Assembly: GCA_963730185.1 (NCBI GenBank)
Contig: CAVSQW010000004.1
Span: 1 to 64,000 of the forward strand
Direction: 5' to 3'
DNA: 64,000 bases
DNA from: an uncultured Gemmatimonadales bacterium
Lineage (GTDB): Bacteria > Gemmatimonadota > Gemmatimonadetes > Gemmatimonadales > GWC2-71-9
Part shown: positions 30,426 through 42,159 of the stretch, piece after piece
Layout of the letters: each line of letters starts with the position of its first letter
Position numbering within the stretch: position 1 is the stretch's first letter
Position numbers and translations under genes: made by a program
Notes under the pieces: generated by a model
What the model saw: the letters and a program-made list of their open reading frames with translations, nothing else
Told to the model about the DNA's origin: nothing
Databases searched by the model: none

Positions 30426-30764
30426 ATGCCTCCAGAATCCGTCGCCGTCCTCAAGGGCAGTCTCGACGTCCTCATCCTCCGCGCCCTGGCCGCCGAGCCC
30501 ACCCACGGCTACGGCGTCCTCCGCTGGATCGAGGACGCCACCGGCGCCGTCATCCACCTGGACGAGGGCTCCCTCTATCCGGCCCTCTACCGCCTGGAAG
30601 ACCGGGGCTGGGTCGCCTCGGACTGGGGCACATCCTCAAACAACCGTCGCGCCCGCTTTTACCGGCTGACGCCCAAGGGCCGCATCCAGCTCAGGGTCGA
30701 GATCGGGCAGTTCACCAAGTTCGCCGAAGCCATGCTCCAGGCCCTCCAGGGCGCCCCGGCCTGA
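30426..30764 (+). CDS. PadR family regulator (ADOP-associated)
   Basis: LKGSLDVLIL, HGYG, GSLYPALYRLE, WGTSSNNRRARFY. Confidence 0.93.
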   Translation: MPPESVAVLKGSLDVLILRALAAEPTHGYGVLRWIEDATGAVIHLDEGSLYPALYRLEDRGWVASDWGTSSNNRRARFYRLTPKGRIQLRVEIGQFTKFAEAMLQALQGAPA

Positions 30765-30771
30765 CCCGCCC

Positions 30772-33487
30772 ATGACCCCCGACCCGGCCTGGCAGCGCTA
30801 CTGGCGCTATCTCACCGCCCGCTTCCGCCGCGACGTGGACGAGGAGCTCGAGTTCCACATCGCGATGCGGGCCCGCGAGCTCGAGGAGCAGGGGCTGTCG
30901 GCCGACCAGGCGCGGCGGGAGGCGGAGCGGCGGTTCGGCGATCGCCGGCTGGTTCAAACCAGACTCGAACGGATCGAACGCAAGCGAGGGCTTCGGATGA
31001 CCGTGTCATTCTTCGTTCAGGAGTTGCTGCAGGACGTTCGCTACGGGGTCCGGAGCCTGCTCAAACGCCCCGGCTTCGCCCTGATGACGGCGAGCTCTCT
31101 GGCGCTCGGTATTGCGGCGACCACCGTGGTGCTCAGCCTGATCGACTCCTGGCTCCTCCGGCCGCTGCCGGGGCGGAACGGGAGCGAGCTGGTGGTGATC
31201 GGGGCGACCAGCCAGGCCAGCGGCTCGATGATCCTGAGTCAGGTTTCGCTGCCCACCGCTCGCGACGTGGCCCTCCGGACCGATCTCTTCCAGGACGTGG
31301 CCGCCGTCAGGATGGAAGTGGTGGCGCTCCGGCGAGCCGGCAGCGATCGGGGCGAGCGCCAGATCCTCCTCGCGGCCACCGGCAACTACTTCTCGGTGCT
31401 CGGCATCTCCGCGGCGGTCGGTCGGCTCTTCACGCCCGACGACGACCGGCAGCAGGACCGGGTCATGGTGCTCTCCTATCGCACCTGGACCGAGCGGTTC
31501 GGCGGCGATCCGGCGGTGGTCGGCGCCCAGGTCTACGTCAATACGGTGCCGTTCGTGGTCATCGGCGTGGCCCAGGCCGGCTTTCAGGGGACCGAGCACA
31601 TCTTCGCCGCCGACGGCTTCGTCCCGGCGCGATCGGCCGGCGCGTTCGATCCGGCGGCGGTCGGCCTCGACCAGCGACGGAACGACGGCTGGTTCAAGCT
31701 GATGGCGCTACCCCGGCCCGGCACCTCGTTGGCCCAGATTCGGCAGGGGCTCGACCTGGTGAGCCGGCAGCTCGACGCGGCCTATCCCGAGCTGGGCGAG
31801 GGCTACCACCTGGCCGCGGTGCCCGAGACCCGGGCCCGCCCCTCGCTCGAAGCGTCGGGCGGCGCGACGGCGGGAGGAATCGTCTTCCTGGGACTGGCCG
31901 TCCTGGTGCTGCTCACGGCGGTCGTCAACGCCACCAACCTGATCCTGGCCCGGGCCACCACCCGCCGGACCGAGATGGCGGTCCGCCAGGCGCTCGGCGC
32001 ATCGCGAGGGCGGGTGGTCCAGCAGCTGGTGACGGAGACATTGATGTTGTCGTTGCTGGCCCTTGCCGGGGGGTGGCTCCTGGCCCGCTTGGCGATCGCG
32101 GGGATCACCTCCATTCCGGTGAACGTGGCGGGCCTCGCGTTCAACTGGGGCATCGTCATGGACGCTCGGGTGTTCGGCATGGCGGTGGCGATTACCCTGG
32201 CGGCGGGCCTCCTCGCGGGGCTGGGTCCGGCCTTCTCGGCGTCGCGATTCCGGCTCCAGCAGCAGCTCCGGGAGGGCGGCCGGGCCGGCACCGGGCGGGG
32301 CGGCCGGCGGGTCCGGAGCGCCTTGGTGGTGGCCCAGGTGGCCGCCTCCGCCGTGGTGCTGGTGGCCGCCGGCCTCCTCGCGGCCAGCGTCCGCCAGGCC
32401 GCGCGGATCGATCTGTCGTTCGTGCCGGACCAGGTGCTGACCCTGGCGGTCGACGCCACGCTGGCCCACTACGACGAGCCGACCGCGCGCCCGGCGTTCG
32501 ACAAGGTCGCCGCGGCGGTCCGGCAGGTTCCCGGGGTGCAGGTGGTCGCCTGGACCGGCAGCGTGCCGATCGAGCATGGGAGCGACGGCCTCCGCGAGGT
32601 CCGGACGGCGGGCACCAGCCAGACGACCAAGCAGGGCAGCCTCGGCGTCTTGAGCGCTTCGGTGGACCCCGCGTTCTTCGAGGTCCTCCGGATGCCGGTC
32701 ATCGAGGGCCGGGCCTTCACCCGAGCCGACGACTCCACCGCCCCCCGGGTCGCGATCGTCAACCAGCGGGCGGCCGAGCTGCTCTGGCCGGGACGGTCCG
32801 CCGTGGGCCAGACCTTCCGGATGGCGCTCGACGGCCCGCCGATCGAGGTGGTCGGGGTGACTAGGACCAGCCGCTACCTCCTGATCGGCGAGGGGCCGAG
32901 GCCGTTCCTCTACCTGCCGCTGGCGCAGCAGTACGTTCCGCAGGTGTTTCTGACGGTCCGGACGGCGGGTGACCCGGCTCGTCTGATCGAGCCGGTGCGG
33001 GCGGCGATGGCCTCGGCGGACCGCGATCTGGTGCCCTTCAGCGCCAACACCATGACCGACGTGATCGAGAAGGGCCCCAACGGCCTCTTGCCGCTCCGGA
33101 TCGGCGCGGCGGCCGCGACCGCCATCGGCGCGGTCGCGATCGCGCTCACGCTGATGGGGCTCTACGGAATCATTGCCTACTCGGTCACCGAGCGGACTCG
33201 GGAGATCGGGCTCCGGATGGCGTTAGGCGCCAGCCGGTGGACCGTGATCCGCTCGGTCCTGGGGCAGGGCGGGCGTTTGGCCGCGATCGGGATCGGACTC
33301 GGGATTCTGGGCGCGCTGGTCGTGAGCCGGGCGCTCGCCGGCTTGCTGGTAGGCGTGGGCACCCGTGACCGCGTGGTGTTCGTTGCCGTGGCCGTCGGGC
33401 TGGCCCTCGCGACCCTCGGCTCCGCCTACCTCCCGGCCCGGCGGGCGTCGCAGGATCGACCCGGTCAAGGCGATCAAGGCGGACTGA
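30772..33487 (+). CDS. Duplicated MacB/FtsX-type orphan ABC permease (ADOP); frameshift near 33450
   Basis: DVDEELEFH prefix, QDVRYGVRSLLKRPGF, RRTEMAVRQALGASR, RTREIGLRMALGA, PARRAS; the IDPVKAIKAD* ending is in a shifted frame. Confidence 0.9.
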
Positions 33488-33510
33488 GTCCGAGCGCTGA
33501 GGCGGCCGGG

Positions 33511-36240
33511 CTACTCCCCGGCCAGGGTGACGGCGGGGTCCACCCGCCCAGCCCGGGTCGGCGGGGATCCAGGTCGCCAGGAGCGCCGCTCCCCCGAGCG
33601 TCGCCGTGACCGCCCCGAGCGTGAGCGGGTCCAGCCGGCTCACCCCAAAGAGCAGCGCCTGCATCGCGCCGGAGAGGACCACGGTGAGCGCGAGCCCGCC
33701 GACGATGCCGGCGACAACCAGACCGACACCCTGCCGCACCACCATCGACCGGATGGCGCTCGGACGAGCGCCCAGAGCCAGGCGGAGCCCCAGCTCCCGG
33801 GTCCGCATCCCGACGGTGTAGGCGATCACCCCGTAGACGCCGATCACGCCCAACAGCAGTGCGATCGCCGCGGCGGCGCCGAGCATCCAGCCGGTGAACG
33901 TGGTCCGGGCCATCGAGGCGGAGACGACGTCGCCGAGCGACGCCACGTCGAAGAGGGGCAGGGTGGGGTCGAGGTCACGAATGGTGGCCCGAACCGGCCC
34001 GGCCTGAGCCGGACGGGTTCCCGCTCGTCCGGATCAGAAAGGTGAGCTGCCGAGGGACCGTGATGGCGTCGATCTGCCGGGTCGATGCCGACGGGGTCGA
34101 GTCGTCGATCCAGCTCACCGTAGTGGGGAGGTAGAGGGTCGGCTCCGGTGGCGACGCCAAGGAGTTGCGGCGGGCGTCGTCGACGACGCCGACGATGGTG
34201 AGCCAGGGGGCGGAGAAGGTGAGCTTGAGGCGGTGGCCCAGCGCGGCATTCCCGGTGGGGTCGTTCCACTGCTCTCTCGCGAAGCTCCGGGTCACCACGA
34301 CTTCGTTGCGCGACGCGATCGGGGTCCAACCGGCCGAACGACCGGCCCGCGATCAGCGGCATGCCAAGCGCGCGGAAGTGGTCGCCGGCGATGTAGACCA
34401 GATGGCCGTTCACGTGCACCAGGTCGGATTCCGCCCGGCCCTCGACGATGACGGGGTTCCCGTCGTCCTCTCCCGGTCCGAGGGGCGCCCGGCTGGCGCC
34501 GCCCACTGAGGTGACACCCGGGAGGGAGCGGAGCCGGTCCATCGCCTCGAGGTAGAAGCGCGACACGTCCGCCGTGGTCCGGTAGGCGGCTCTGGGCAGG
34601 GCGACCCGTGCCGTGAGCACGCCCGCCGGGTCGAAACCGGGGCGGACGTGCCGGAGCTCCCGGTAGCTTCTCGCCAGCAGGCCTGACCCGGCGAGCAGGG
34701 CAAACGCCAGGGACACCTGCGCGGCGACCAGGATCTGCCGGACCCGTTGTCGCTCTCGGCCACCGGTGGTGCCCCGACCTCCCGAGCGGAGGACACTGGC
34801 CACCGCCAGGCCACCGATCCGCCGGATCGGCAGCAGGCTCAGCCCAACTCCTACCAGCACCGTGAGCGCGACGATCCCTCCGACGACCACCCCATCCAGC
34901 CCGATCGCGGTGAACCGGGGAATCGAGGCGCCGGCGGCGTGGCCCAGCAGGCGGATGCCCACCCAGGCGAGCCCGCAGCCGAGCCCGCCCCCCGCCGCCG
35001 CCAGCACGAGCGACTCGGTCAGCACCGCCCGGCGGAGCCGGCGGGTGCCGGCTCCGAGGGCCGCGCGGACGGCCACCTCGCGCTGCTTGGCGTCGGAGCG
35101 GACCAGGAAGAGCGTCGCGACGTTGGCGCCGGCGATCAACAGGACGAACGCGGCTGTCGCCACCAGCACCCAGAGCACGTCGCCGATGTCGCCCACGACG
35201 TCGTCCCGGAGCGGATGGAGGAGTAGTTGCTGGCGCCCCCGCTCGAGCCAGTTCCGAGTCGAGACCCCGAACCCGGCATCGGGGAAGAAGTCGGGCATCC
35301 GATCGTGGGCCGCCTGGAGGTCGGTGGTGGCGCCTTCGATCGTGACGCCGGGCTTGAGCCGCCCGATCAGATCGAAGGTTGCCCGCGACGGCAAGGCGTG
35401 GTCGGGATCGGGCTGGAGGGCGGTCCAGAGGTCGGCGCCTTCAGGGTGAGCGACCGCGGCGGGGAGGATGCCGATCACCTGGTGCGACCGGCCGTCGATC
35501 GGGATCGACCGTCCCAGCACGCCGGGGTCGGCGCCGAAGCGCCGGCGCCAGAGGCCTTCGCCGAGGACGACCACCGGCGCGGCGCCTGGACGATCGTCGG
35601 CGGCCGCGATCAGCCGGCCCTCCAAGGGACGGGCCTGGAGGGTGGTGAAGAAGTCGGCGGACGCCATTGCCCCGGTCGCCCGCTCGGGGTTGGTCGCGTC
35701 GCCGAGATTGACGTCGTGGGTCCGGTAGGCGGCCAGGCTCTCGAGGCTTCGGTTCAGACGCCTGAGGGTGAAGTAGGCGGCGTCCGATTGAGCTCGCATC
35801 TCGGCACCCATGGTCGGGTATCGAAGCCAGATCGCCACCAGCCGTGACGGGTTGGGATAGGGTAGGGGCTCGAGCAGCACCGACCAGGTCACGGTCCCGA
35901 TCCCGGCCAGCGCGCCGATCCCGAGCGCCAGGGTCAGTACCGCGGCGGCGCTGAACGCGGGGGAGCGGCTCAGCGAGCGGACCGCCTGCTTGAGGTCGCG
36001 CCCGAGACCGTCGAGCGCGGCGCTGACGCCCACCTGGCGCACCTCCTCGCGGTAGTACGCCGGGCTCCCGAAGCGCTTCCGCGAGGCGAGCCGGGCCGCC
36101 GACGGGGTCAGGCCGTCGTGCCGCTGCTGCTCCTCGTCGAGCGACAGGTGGAATCCGATCTCGGCCTCGCGCTCGGCGTCGACCCGGCTGCGCCGAAAGA
36201 ACGATCGGACGCGGTACCCCAAACCATCGAGCCACGACAT
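33511..36240 (-). CDS. Second ADOP permease, several frameshifts (~34300, ~33990, ~33565)
   Basis: MSW..EIGFHL, RDLKQAVRSLSRSP, REVAVRAALGAG, RTRELGLRLALGA; ends VDPAVTLAGE*. Confidence 0.88.
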
Positions 36241-36265
36241 GGCGCGGTCCTCCCGGCAGGCGCCC

Positions 36266-36601
36266 TCAGGCGCGGTCCAACACCTTGGCGATGGCGAGCG
36301 CGACCCGGTCGTACTCGGAGATCTTGTCACCCAGCTGCTTCCGGCCGGATCGGGTGATGGTGTAGTAGCGGCCGTAGCGCCCCGTCGGGGTCGGCCCCCA
36401 GGCCGAGGTCACCAGGCCGTTGCGCTGGAGCCGCTCGAGGGCGGGATAGAGCGAGCCCTGCTCGACCTTGAGCACATCCTCGGACAGCCGGCCGATGTGC
36501 TGGGCGATGGCGTAGCCGTGCATCGGGCCGAGCGAGAGGGTCTGGAGGACCAGCATTTCGAGGGCGCCCTGGAGGGCGGGGCCGCTGCGGGCAGGGGTCA
36601 T
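36266..36601 (-). CDS. PadR family regulator (ADOP-associated)
   Basis: LQGALEMLVL, MHGYAIA, QGSLYPALERL. Confidence 0.93.
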   Translation of the reverse strand: MTPARSGPALQGALEMLVLQTLSLGPMHGYAIAQHIGRLSEDVLKVEQGSLYPALERLQRNGLVTSAWGPTPTGRYGRYYTITRSGRKQLGDKISEYDRVALAIAKVLDRA

Positions 36602-36643
36602 CGGTCAGCCGGATCCGGTTGCATACCAAGATGTATCTAATAT

Positions 36644-36655
36644 GTAGATATCTAC
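36644..36655. promoter_or_regulatory. Palindromic PadR operator candidate
   Basis: Perfect palindrome gtagatatctac in an AT-rich patch upstream of the second padR. Confidence 0.6.
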
Positions 36656-36694
36656 CTGTAAAGGAGTCGGGATGACCCGACCGAGCTGCGGTCG

Positions 36695-38188
36695 TCAGGG
36701 ACGCTCGGCGTAGGTCCTGGCGTCATCCAGCAGGCGAGCGAGGGCGGCCCGGTCCAGGAGCCGGCCCCGGGTGACGACGGCGTCGATCGAGTCGACGTTC
36801 CCGATCGAGGCGAGCGGATCGGCCCGGAGCAGAACCAGGTCGGCGACTTTGCCGGGGCCGATCACGCCGAGCTCGGGCCGGTTGGTGGCGATCGCGGCAT
36901 TCCGCGTGGCCGCCTGGATGGCCTCTTTGGGTGAGAGGCCGGCGTCCACCAGCAAGCCAAGCTCCCGGTGCAGGCTGAAGCCCGGCACCGCGGTGAGGAC
37001 GGGGACGTCGGTGCCCGCCACGAAGCGGGCGCCCTCCCGGATCAGGGCGCGAAGGCTCTGGAGCGTGCCCTGCCAGCTCCGGCGGCCGGCCGCGATCCGC
37101 TCGGGGGTCGCCCCGGTCGGGCTCCAGGCGTCGCCGCCCCGGGCGGCGGCCGGCGCATACTGGAGCTCGGGGAAGTCCCGCGTCTCGGGCTCGAGCTCGA
37201 GCATCCGGGATCGGATCGTCACCAGCGTCGGATCGAACCAGACTGGCCGACTCGCGGCGTACCGGGCGAACCGCTCGGCCGTGGCCGAGTCGTAGTGGGC
37301 GACGGCGGAGTCGCCGGCGGCCACCCGGGCGTCGAACGCCTCGATGACGGCCTCGCGGCCTCGCCCGCGATGACCGGCCCGAGCCAGCATCTCGCGCCGG
37401 ATGCGCTCGCCGTCGGGAGTGTTCTCGAAAGCGAGGCCGAAGGCGTGCTCGACCGTCCGCTGGCCGGAGTCGATCGCCTCCCGCAACGAGACCGCGTCGG
37501 GCACGTGTCCCGCGACGAAGAGCCCGTGGTCCCGCGCGGCGGCCAGGATGCCGAAATAGGCGGCCCGCGGCGTGAGCGAGTGGACCTTGACCAGGTCCAC
37601 CCCGGCCTGGGCCAGCGAATCCACGGCTCGCCGGCCGTCTTCCCGGGTCGTGACCGCCCACCGGCCCTTGGGCACCACGTCCACGACGACCGGATCGTCC
37701 AGGATGGGGCCGGCCATGAAGATGGTGGGCCCCAGGACTCGGCCCGACCGGACGTCGGCGCGGAGGCGAGACACCTCGTCGAGGTCGCCGCCGACATCGC
37801 GGATGGTGGTGACGCCGTTGGCCAGGAACAGCGGGAAGCCGTGGGCGCCGTAGACCTGCTCGTGGACGTGCATGTCCCAAAGGCCGGGGATGAGATAGCG
37901 ACCGTGGCCGGGCACCCGCGTGGGGGTGCCTTGTACGACGAGGCGATCGGTCGGGCCGACCGCGACGATGCTGTCGCCCGCGATGGCCACGCTCATGCCG
38001 GGGGTTGGGTCGTGGTCGGTCCCGTCGATCAGCACGACGTCGTCGATCACGAGCGTGGCGGTCGGGCCTCGGGCGCCGCACCCGATCAGGGGCAGCAGCA
38101 TCGCCGCGAGCGCGACGATCCAGCGGCTTCGAGGGGCGGACCGCGGCACTGACGGTCGGGGAGACATTCGGGAGTGCTCCGTGGTCAT
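36695..38188 (-). CDS. Amidohydrolase family lipoprotein
   Basis: IPGLWDMHVH, NGVTTIRD, VKVH, GH, EH, AGTD, ATRNAA, GKVADLVLL. Confidence 0.92.
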   Translation of the reverse strand: MTTEHSRMSPRPSVPRSAPRSRWIVALAAMLLPLIGCGARGPTATLVIDDVVLIDGTDHDPTPGMSVAIAGDSIVAVGPTDRLVVQGTPTRVPGHGRYLIPGLWDMHVHEQVYGAHGFPLFLANGVTTIRDVGGDLDEVSRLRADVRSGRVLGPTIFMAGPILDDPVVVDVVPKGRWAVTTREDGRRAVDSLAQAGVDLVKVHSLTPRAAYFGILAAARDHGLFVAGHVPDAVSLREAIDSGQRTVEHAFGLAFENTPDGERIRREMLARAGHRGRGREAVIEAFDARVAAGDSAVAHYDSATAERFARYAASRPVWFDPTLVTIRSRMLELEPETRDFPELQYAPAAARGGDAWSPTGATPERIAAGRRSWQGTLQSLRALIREGARFVAGTDVPVLTAVPGFSLHRELGLLVDAGLSPKEAIQAATRNAAIATNRPELGVIGPGKVADLVLLRADPLASIGNVDSIDAVVTRGRLLDRAALARLLDDARTYAERP

Positions 38189-38197
38189 GGCGCCGGC

Positions 38198-38809
38198 TCA
38201 GAATCCGAGTCCGGCCGCGTTGCTCTCGAAGCCGATGGTCCCTTCGCCGAGCGCGCCGGTCCTGGCGTCGACGATCCGGACCCGGACCAGGTGCGTTCCC
38301 TGGATCAGGGTGGGCCGCCGCAGCTGGAGCAGGGCCACCCGCAGGTGACGCGGCTCCCGGCTCTCCCGGTCCACGAACCGTTCGTAGTACCACTGGAGCG
38401 ACTCCACCTCGGCCGGCGCGCCGTCGATCGTGACCCGCACGCTCCCGGCGGTCAGCGCCGGGGCGATGTCCTCGACCAGCAGGGTGTCGCCGGCCACCAC
38501 CTCTCGGGCGGGTGGCTCCTTGGCGAGGGCGCGCTCGAGGGTCGTCCTGCCGTAGCCTTCGTCGAGGATCGCGACGGCGTTGTAGGTGTCCGGGGCGAGC
38601 TCGAGCCGGTAACGGCCGGTCCCGTCGCACCTGGTCTCCTGCATCGGATCGAACGCCGGATGGAGCACCACCACCCGGCAGTTCGCGGCGGGTCGGCCGT
38701 CGGCGTAGCGGACCACCCCGGACAGGATGGACGGGGCGGATGGGCTGGCTGGGACGAACGGGGGCCGCACCGGCCCGCCGGCGAGCAGCGTCAGGAGGGG
38801 GAGAAGCAT
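38198..38809 (-). CDS. Secreted protein with carboxypeptidase-regulatory-like (transthyretin-fold) domain
   Basis: LSGVVRYADGRPAANCRV..TRCDGTGRYRLELAPDTY; C-terminus not recognised. Confidence 0.6.
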   Translation of the reverse strand: MLLPLLTLLAGGPVRPPFVPASPSAPSILSGVVRYADGRPAANCRVVVLHPAFDPMQETRCDGTGRYRLELAPDTYNAVAILDEGYGRTTLERALAKEPPAREVVAGDTLLVEDIAPALTAGSVRVTIDGAPAEVESLQWYYERFVDRESREPRHLRVALLQLRRPTLIQGTHLVRVRIVDARTGALGEGTIGFESNAAGLGF

Positions 38810-38850
38810 GGGGAGATCCAGGTTCGGGCGATCGAGCGGCCGTTGCTCAA

Positions 38851-39205
38851 TCATAGCCTGTCGACAGTGCTCCAGAGGCCGATCCCGATCCGGACCCCGT
38901 ACTGGCGGTGCGGCGCTCCCCAAGTGTCACGGTAATACCGGTCGAACAGCTGCCGGCCGTGGACTTCGATCCGGACGAGGCCCCGGTGACCGAGCGGAAG
39001 GTCCCATCCCACCGCCGCTCCGATGAAGCCCCGGCGTGAAGCGTCGCGGAGGAGGCCGGGGCTGACGGCGACGGTCGGGCCACCGACCGACCGCGAGCTC
39101 CGACCGAGGTGAACAGCCACCCCGGCATCGGCGTACGGCCCCGAGCGGCGAGGCCCCGAGCCACACGGCCACACTGGTCGCGGTCAGCCTGACGAGAAGG
39201 CGCAT
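38851..39205 (-). pseudogene. Disrupted small secreted/outer-membrane beta-strand protein
   Basis: Signal-like MRLLVRLTATSVAVWLG in one frame; amphipathic beta C-terminus GFIGAAVGWDLP..YGVRIGIGLW in another. Confidence 0.4.
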
Positions 39206-39352
39206 GTTCGAGGGTAGCGCGCCACAGCCCGGTTGGCGGTGATCGACGTCACCCGCCGCCCCACGCTCCAAAATGAAACCTGAGGTGTCGGACCCCCGTA
39301 CGCGGGGACCGGGGCGACCTTCGCCCCGCTCGAATTCACTGGGACATGATCG

Positions 39353-40288
39353 ATGCTCACACGGATCCCTCCAGCCGCGCCTTCGCGACGGAGCGCCCGG
39401 CGCCTCGTGCTCGTGCTCGGGGCCGGACTCCTGGTCGCCGGGTGCGCTCCCGGCAACCGCGAGGCGCGGCAGCTCCGCCAGGCCTGCGAGTCGGGTACGG
39501 CCAGCGCCTGCAACGAGTTCGGCCAGCGGCTGCTGAAGGGCGAGTACGTGCTCCGCGATGAGACCGACGCCGCCGGCCGGTTCGATCAAGCCTGTCGGGG
39601 CGGCGTGGCCGGCGGCTGCGTGAGTCTCGGCGTTCTCTACCAGGACGGCCGGGGCGTGACTCGCGACTCCGCCCGGTCTCCGGGCCTGTTCCGCCAGGGG
39701 TGCGAAGGCGGCGCCCTCGAGGGCTGCACCCGCCTCGGCACGTTGCACCGGGACGGCGCCGGGGTGCCGAAGGACGTCGTCCTGGCTTCCACCCTCTTCC
39801 GTCGGGCCTGCGACGGCGGCGACCTGCTGGGCTGCGCTCGGCTGGGCGGGCTCTACGACACCGGCGAAGGTGTGACCCGCGACCAGGCCCGCGCGGCCGA
39901 CCTCTATCGGAAGGCTTGCGACGCCGACGCCCTCGTGGGCTGCGTGGGGCTGGGCCGGCTCTACGCCGCCGGGAGGGGCGTGACCCATGACGACTCGCTG
40001 GCGGCCACCTTGTTCACGAAGGCCTGCGACCAGCACGATCCCGCCGGCTGCTTCGAGCTGGGCGGGCTCGCCGAGAGCGGTCAGGGCGTGACCCAGGACT
40101 TCCAGCGGGCCGCTCGCCTCTATCGCCAAGCCTGCGACGCCGGGAACGGCGAGGCCTGCTACAGCCTGGCCGGACTCTATCAGCGGGGGGCCGGCGTCTT
40201 CCGTCAGCCGGAGCGCGCCAAGGCCCTGACCCAGCGGGCCTGCGACCTGGGCGTGGCCGACGCCTGCCCCAAGGTGAAGGGAACCTGA
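39353..40288 (+). CDS. Sel1-like repeat lipoprotein (Hcp-like Cys-paired repeats)
   Basis: LVAGC lipobox; about 7 repeats of A..LF..AC..G...GC..LG.LY..G.GV..D. Confidence 0.93.
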   Translation: MLTRIPPAAPSRRSARRLVLVLGAGLLVAGCAPGNREARQLRQACESGTASACNEFGQRLLKGEYVLRDETDAAGRFDQACRGGVAGGCVSLGVLYQDGRGVTRDSARSPGLFRQGCEGGALEGCTRLGTLHRDGAGVPKDVVLASTLFRRACDGGDLLGCARLGGLYDTGEGVTRDQARAADLYRKACDADALVGCVGLGRLYAAGRGVTHDDSLAATLFTKACDQHDPAGCFELGGLAESGQGVTQDFQRAARLYRQACDAGNGEACYSLAGLYQRGAGVFRQPERAKALTQRACDLGVADACPKVKGT

Positions 40289-41224
40289 TGCCGTCCGACG
40301 TCCCCCTGCTGGTCGCCGAGCGGCTCACGAAGCGCTACGGGAACGTGGTCGCGCTCGACGGCGTCGGGCTTCGCCGTCGCGGAGGGGATCACCGGGATCC
40401 TGGGCGAGAACGGCGCGGGCAAGAGCACCGCGATCAAGATCTTCCTCGGTCTGCATCCCGCCGACCTCCGGCCGCGGCGACCGTGCTCGGGCGAGACGCC
40501 TCCGAGAGCCTGGACGTGCGCACGCCGGCTCGGCTACATGCCGGAGCACGACTGCCTGCCGAGCAACGTGAGCGCCGCGGAGTTCCTGACCCACATGGCG
40601 GAGGTGAGCCGGGTTGCCGCCGGCGACGGCGCGGACCCGTGCGGCGGATACCCTGCGCCACACCGGGCTCTTCGAGGAGCGGTACCGGTCCATGGGCGGC
40701 TACTCGACCGGCATGAAGCAGCGGGTCAAGCTGGCGCAGGCGCTCGTGCACGACCCGGCCGTCGTCTTCCTGGACGAGCCGACCGCCGGGCTCGATCCGC
40801 TGGGTCGGGAGGAGATGCTGGCGCTGGTGCGCAAGACGCACCGGGAGTTCGGGATCAGCGTGCTGATCTCGTCGCACCTGATGGCCGACGTCGAGCGGAC
40901 CTGCGACCGGATCCTCGTGCTGCGGGAGGGCCGGCTGGTGCAGTCGGGCGAGGTGGGGCAGTTCACCCGGGAGACGGAGACCGTGTTCATCGAGGTGGAC
41001 GCCAACCGGGAGCGCCTGGTGGCGGCGCTGGAGCGGCGGGGCGTCGCGGTGAGCTCGGACGGCGGCGGGCTGACGATCTCGGGCTCGGACGAGTCGGTCT
41101 ACGACCACGTGCGCGACGCGCTGGTCGAGGCCGAGGCGCCGCTGCGCCGGATGGCGCCCCGCGGCGTGCCCTCGCCGAGCTCTTCCGCCGCGACGGCGAG
41201 GACCCCGAGTGGAGGTCCCGGTAG
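40288..41224 (+). CDS. ABC transporter ATP-binding protein, multiple frameshifts
   Basis: GENGAGKST, YSTGMKQR, FLDEPTAGLDP, ISSH across frames. Confidence 0.85.
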
Positions 41225-42159
41225 CGCCGCGAGCGAGGGGGCCGGTCGCGGCGCCGCACCGGGCGGCACGGTCTTCGACATCGGCTACCAGCGCTACACC
41301 GGTCCGCGCGAGGGGCGCGGGCGCGGCCGGCTCGCGGTGTACACGGACGGGCTGCGCACGGCGCTCGGGCTCGGCCGCGGCGGGCGGGCGAAGGTCCTGC
41401 CGTGGGCGTTCATCGCGGTCCTGTCGGCGATCGCGCTCGTCATGGCGCTGGTGGCCGGCGCGGCGGAGCGGCTCGGCGGGCCCGGGGCGGCGGAGCAGCT
41501 CAACCTCCCCTCGCACTCGCGACTTCTACGGGATCGCGTCGATCGTGCTCTTCGTCTTCGCCGCGGTGGTGGCCCCGGAGCTGCTGTGCCGGGACCGGCG
41601 CGAGGGCGTGATCAGCCTCTACCTGGTGCGCCCGCTGACCGGGTCGGACTACATCGTGGCGCGCTGGGCGGCGTTCCTCAGCGTCATGGTGGCGGCCGCG
41701 TGGCTGCCCGCAGCTCATCCTCCTCACGGGGCTGGCGATGGGCGCGCCGGAACCGGTCGCCTACCTGCGGGCCCACTGGCTCGACGTGCCCGAGTTCCTC
41801 GCGGCGGGCGTCGCCATGGCGGCGTACGCCACCACGCTGGCCATGCTCACCGCGTCGTTCACGACGCGGCGCGCCTACGCCTCGGTCTTCCTGGTCGGTC
41901 TCTTCGTGATCACCACGCCCTTCACGACCGGCCTGGCCATGGAGATCGGGGGGACGGCCGGCCAGTGGATCTCGATGTTCAACCTCTCCAACATCCCGGT
42001 CCACGTGAACGACCTGATCTTCGGCGAGCCCAGCGTCATCACGCAGGAGCGCCCGCGGGCGCGCTGCTCCTCGGGTGGATCCTCGCGGGGTGGTTCCTGC
42101 TCTGGACGCTCGGGCCCGGCGCCGTGCTGTGGTTCCGCTACCGGAGGCTGACGCCATGA
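41209..42159 (+). CDS. ABC-2 type permease, multiple frameshifts (start uncertain)
   Basis: GTVFDIGYQRY, APELLCRDRREGVISLYLVRPL; TM helices in three frames. Confidence 0.75.
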   Translation: MEVPVAPRARGPVAAPHRAARSSTSATSATPVRARGAGAAGSRCTRTGCARRSGSAAAGGRRSCRGRSSRSCRRSRSSWRWWPARRSGSAGPGRRSSSTSPRTRDFYGIASIVLFVFAAVVAPELLCRDRREGVISLYLVRPLTGSDYIVARWAAFLSVMVAAAWLPAAHPPHGAGDGRAGTGRLPAGPLARRARVPRGGRRHGGVRHHAGHAHRVVHDAARLRLGLPGRSLRDHHALHDRPGHGDRGDGRPVDLDVQPLQHPGPRERPDLRRAQRHHAGAPAGALLLGWILAGWFLLWTLGPGAVLWFRYRRLTP

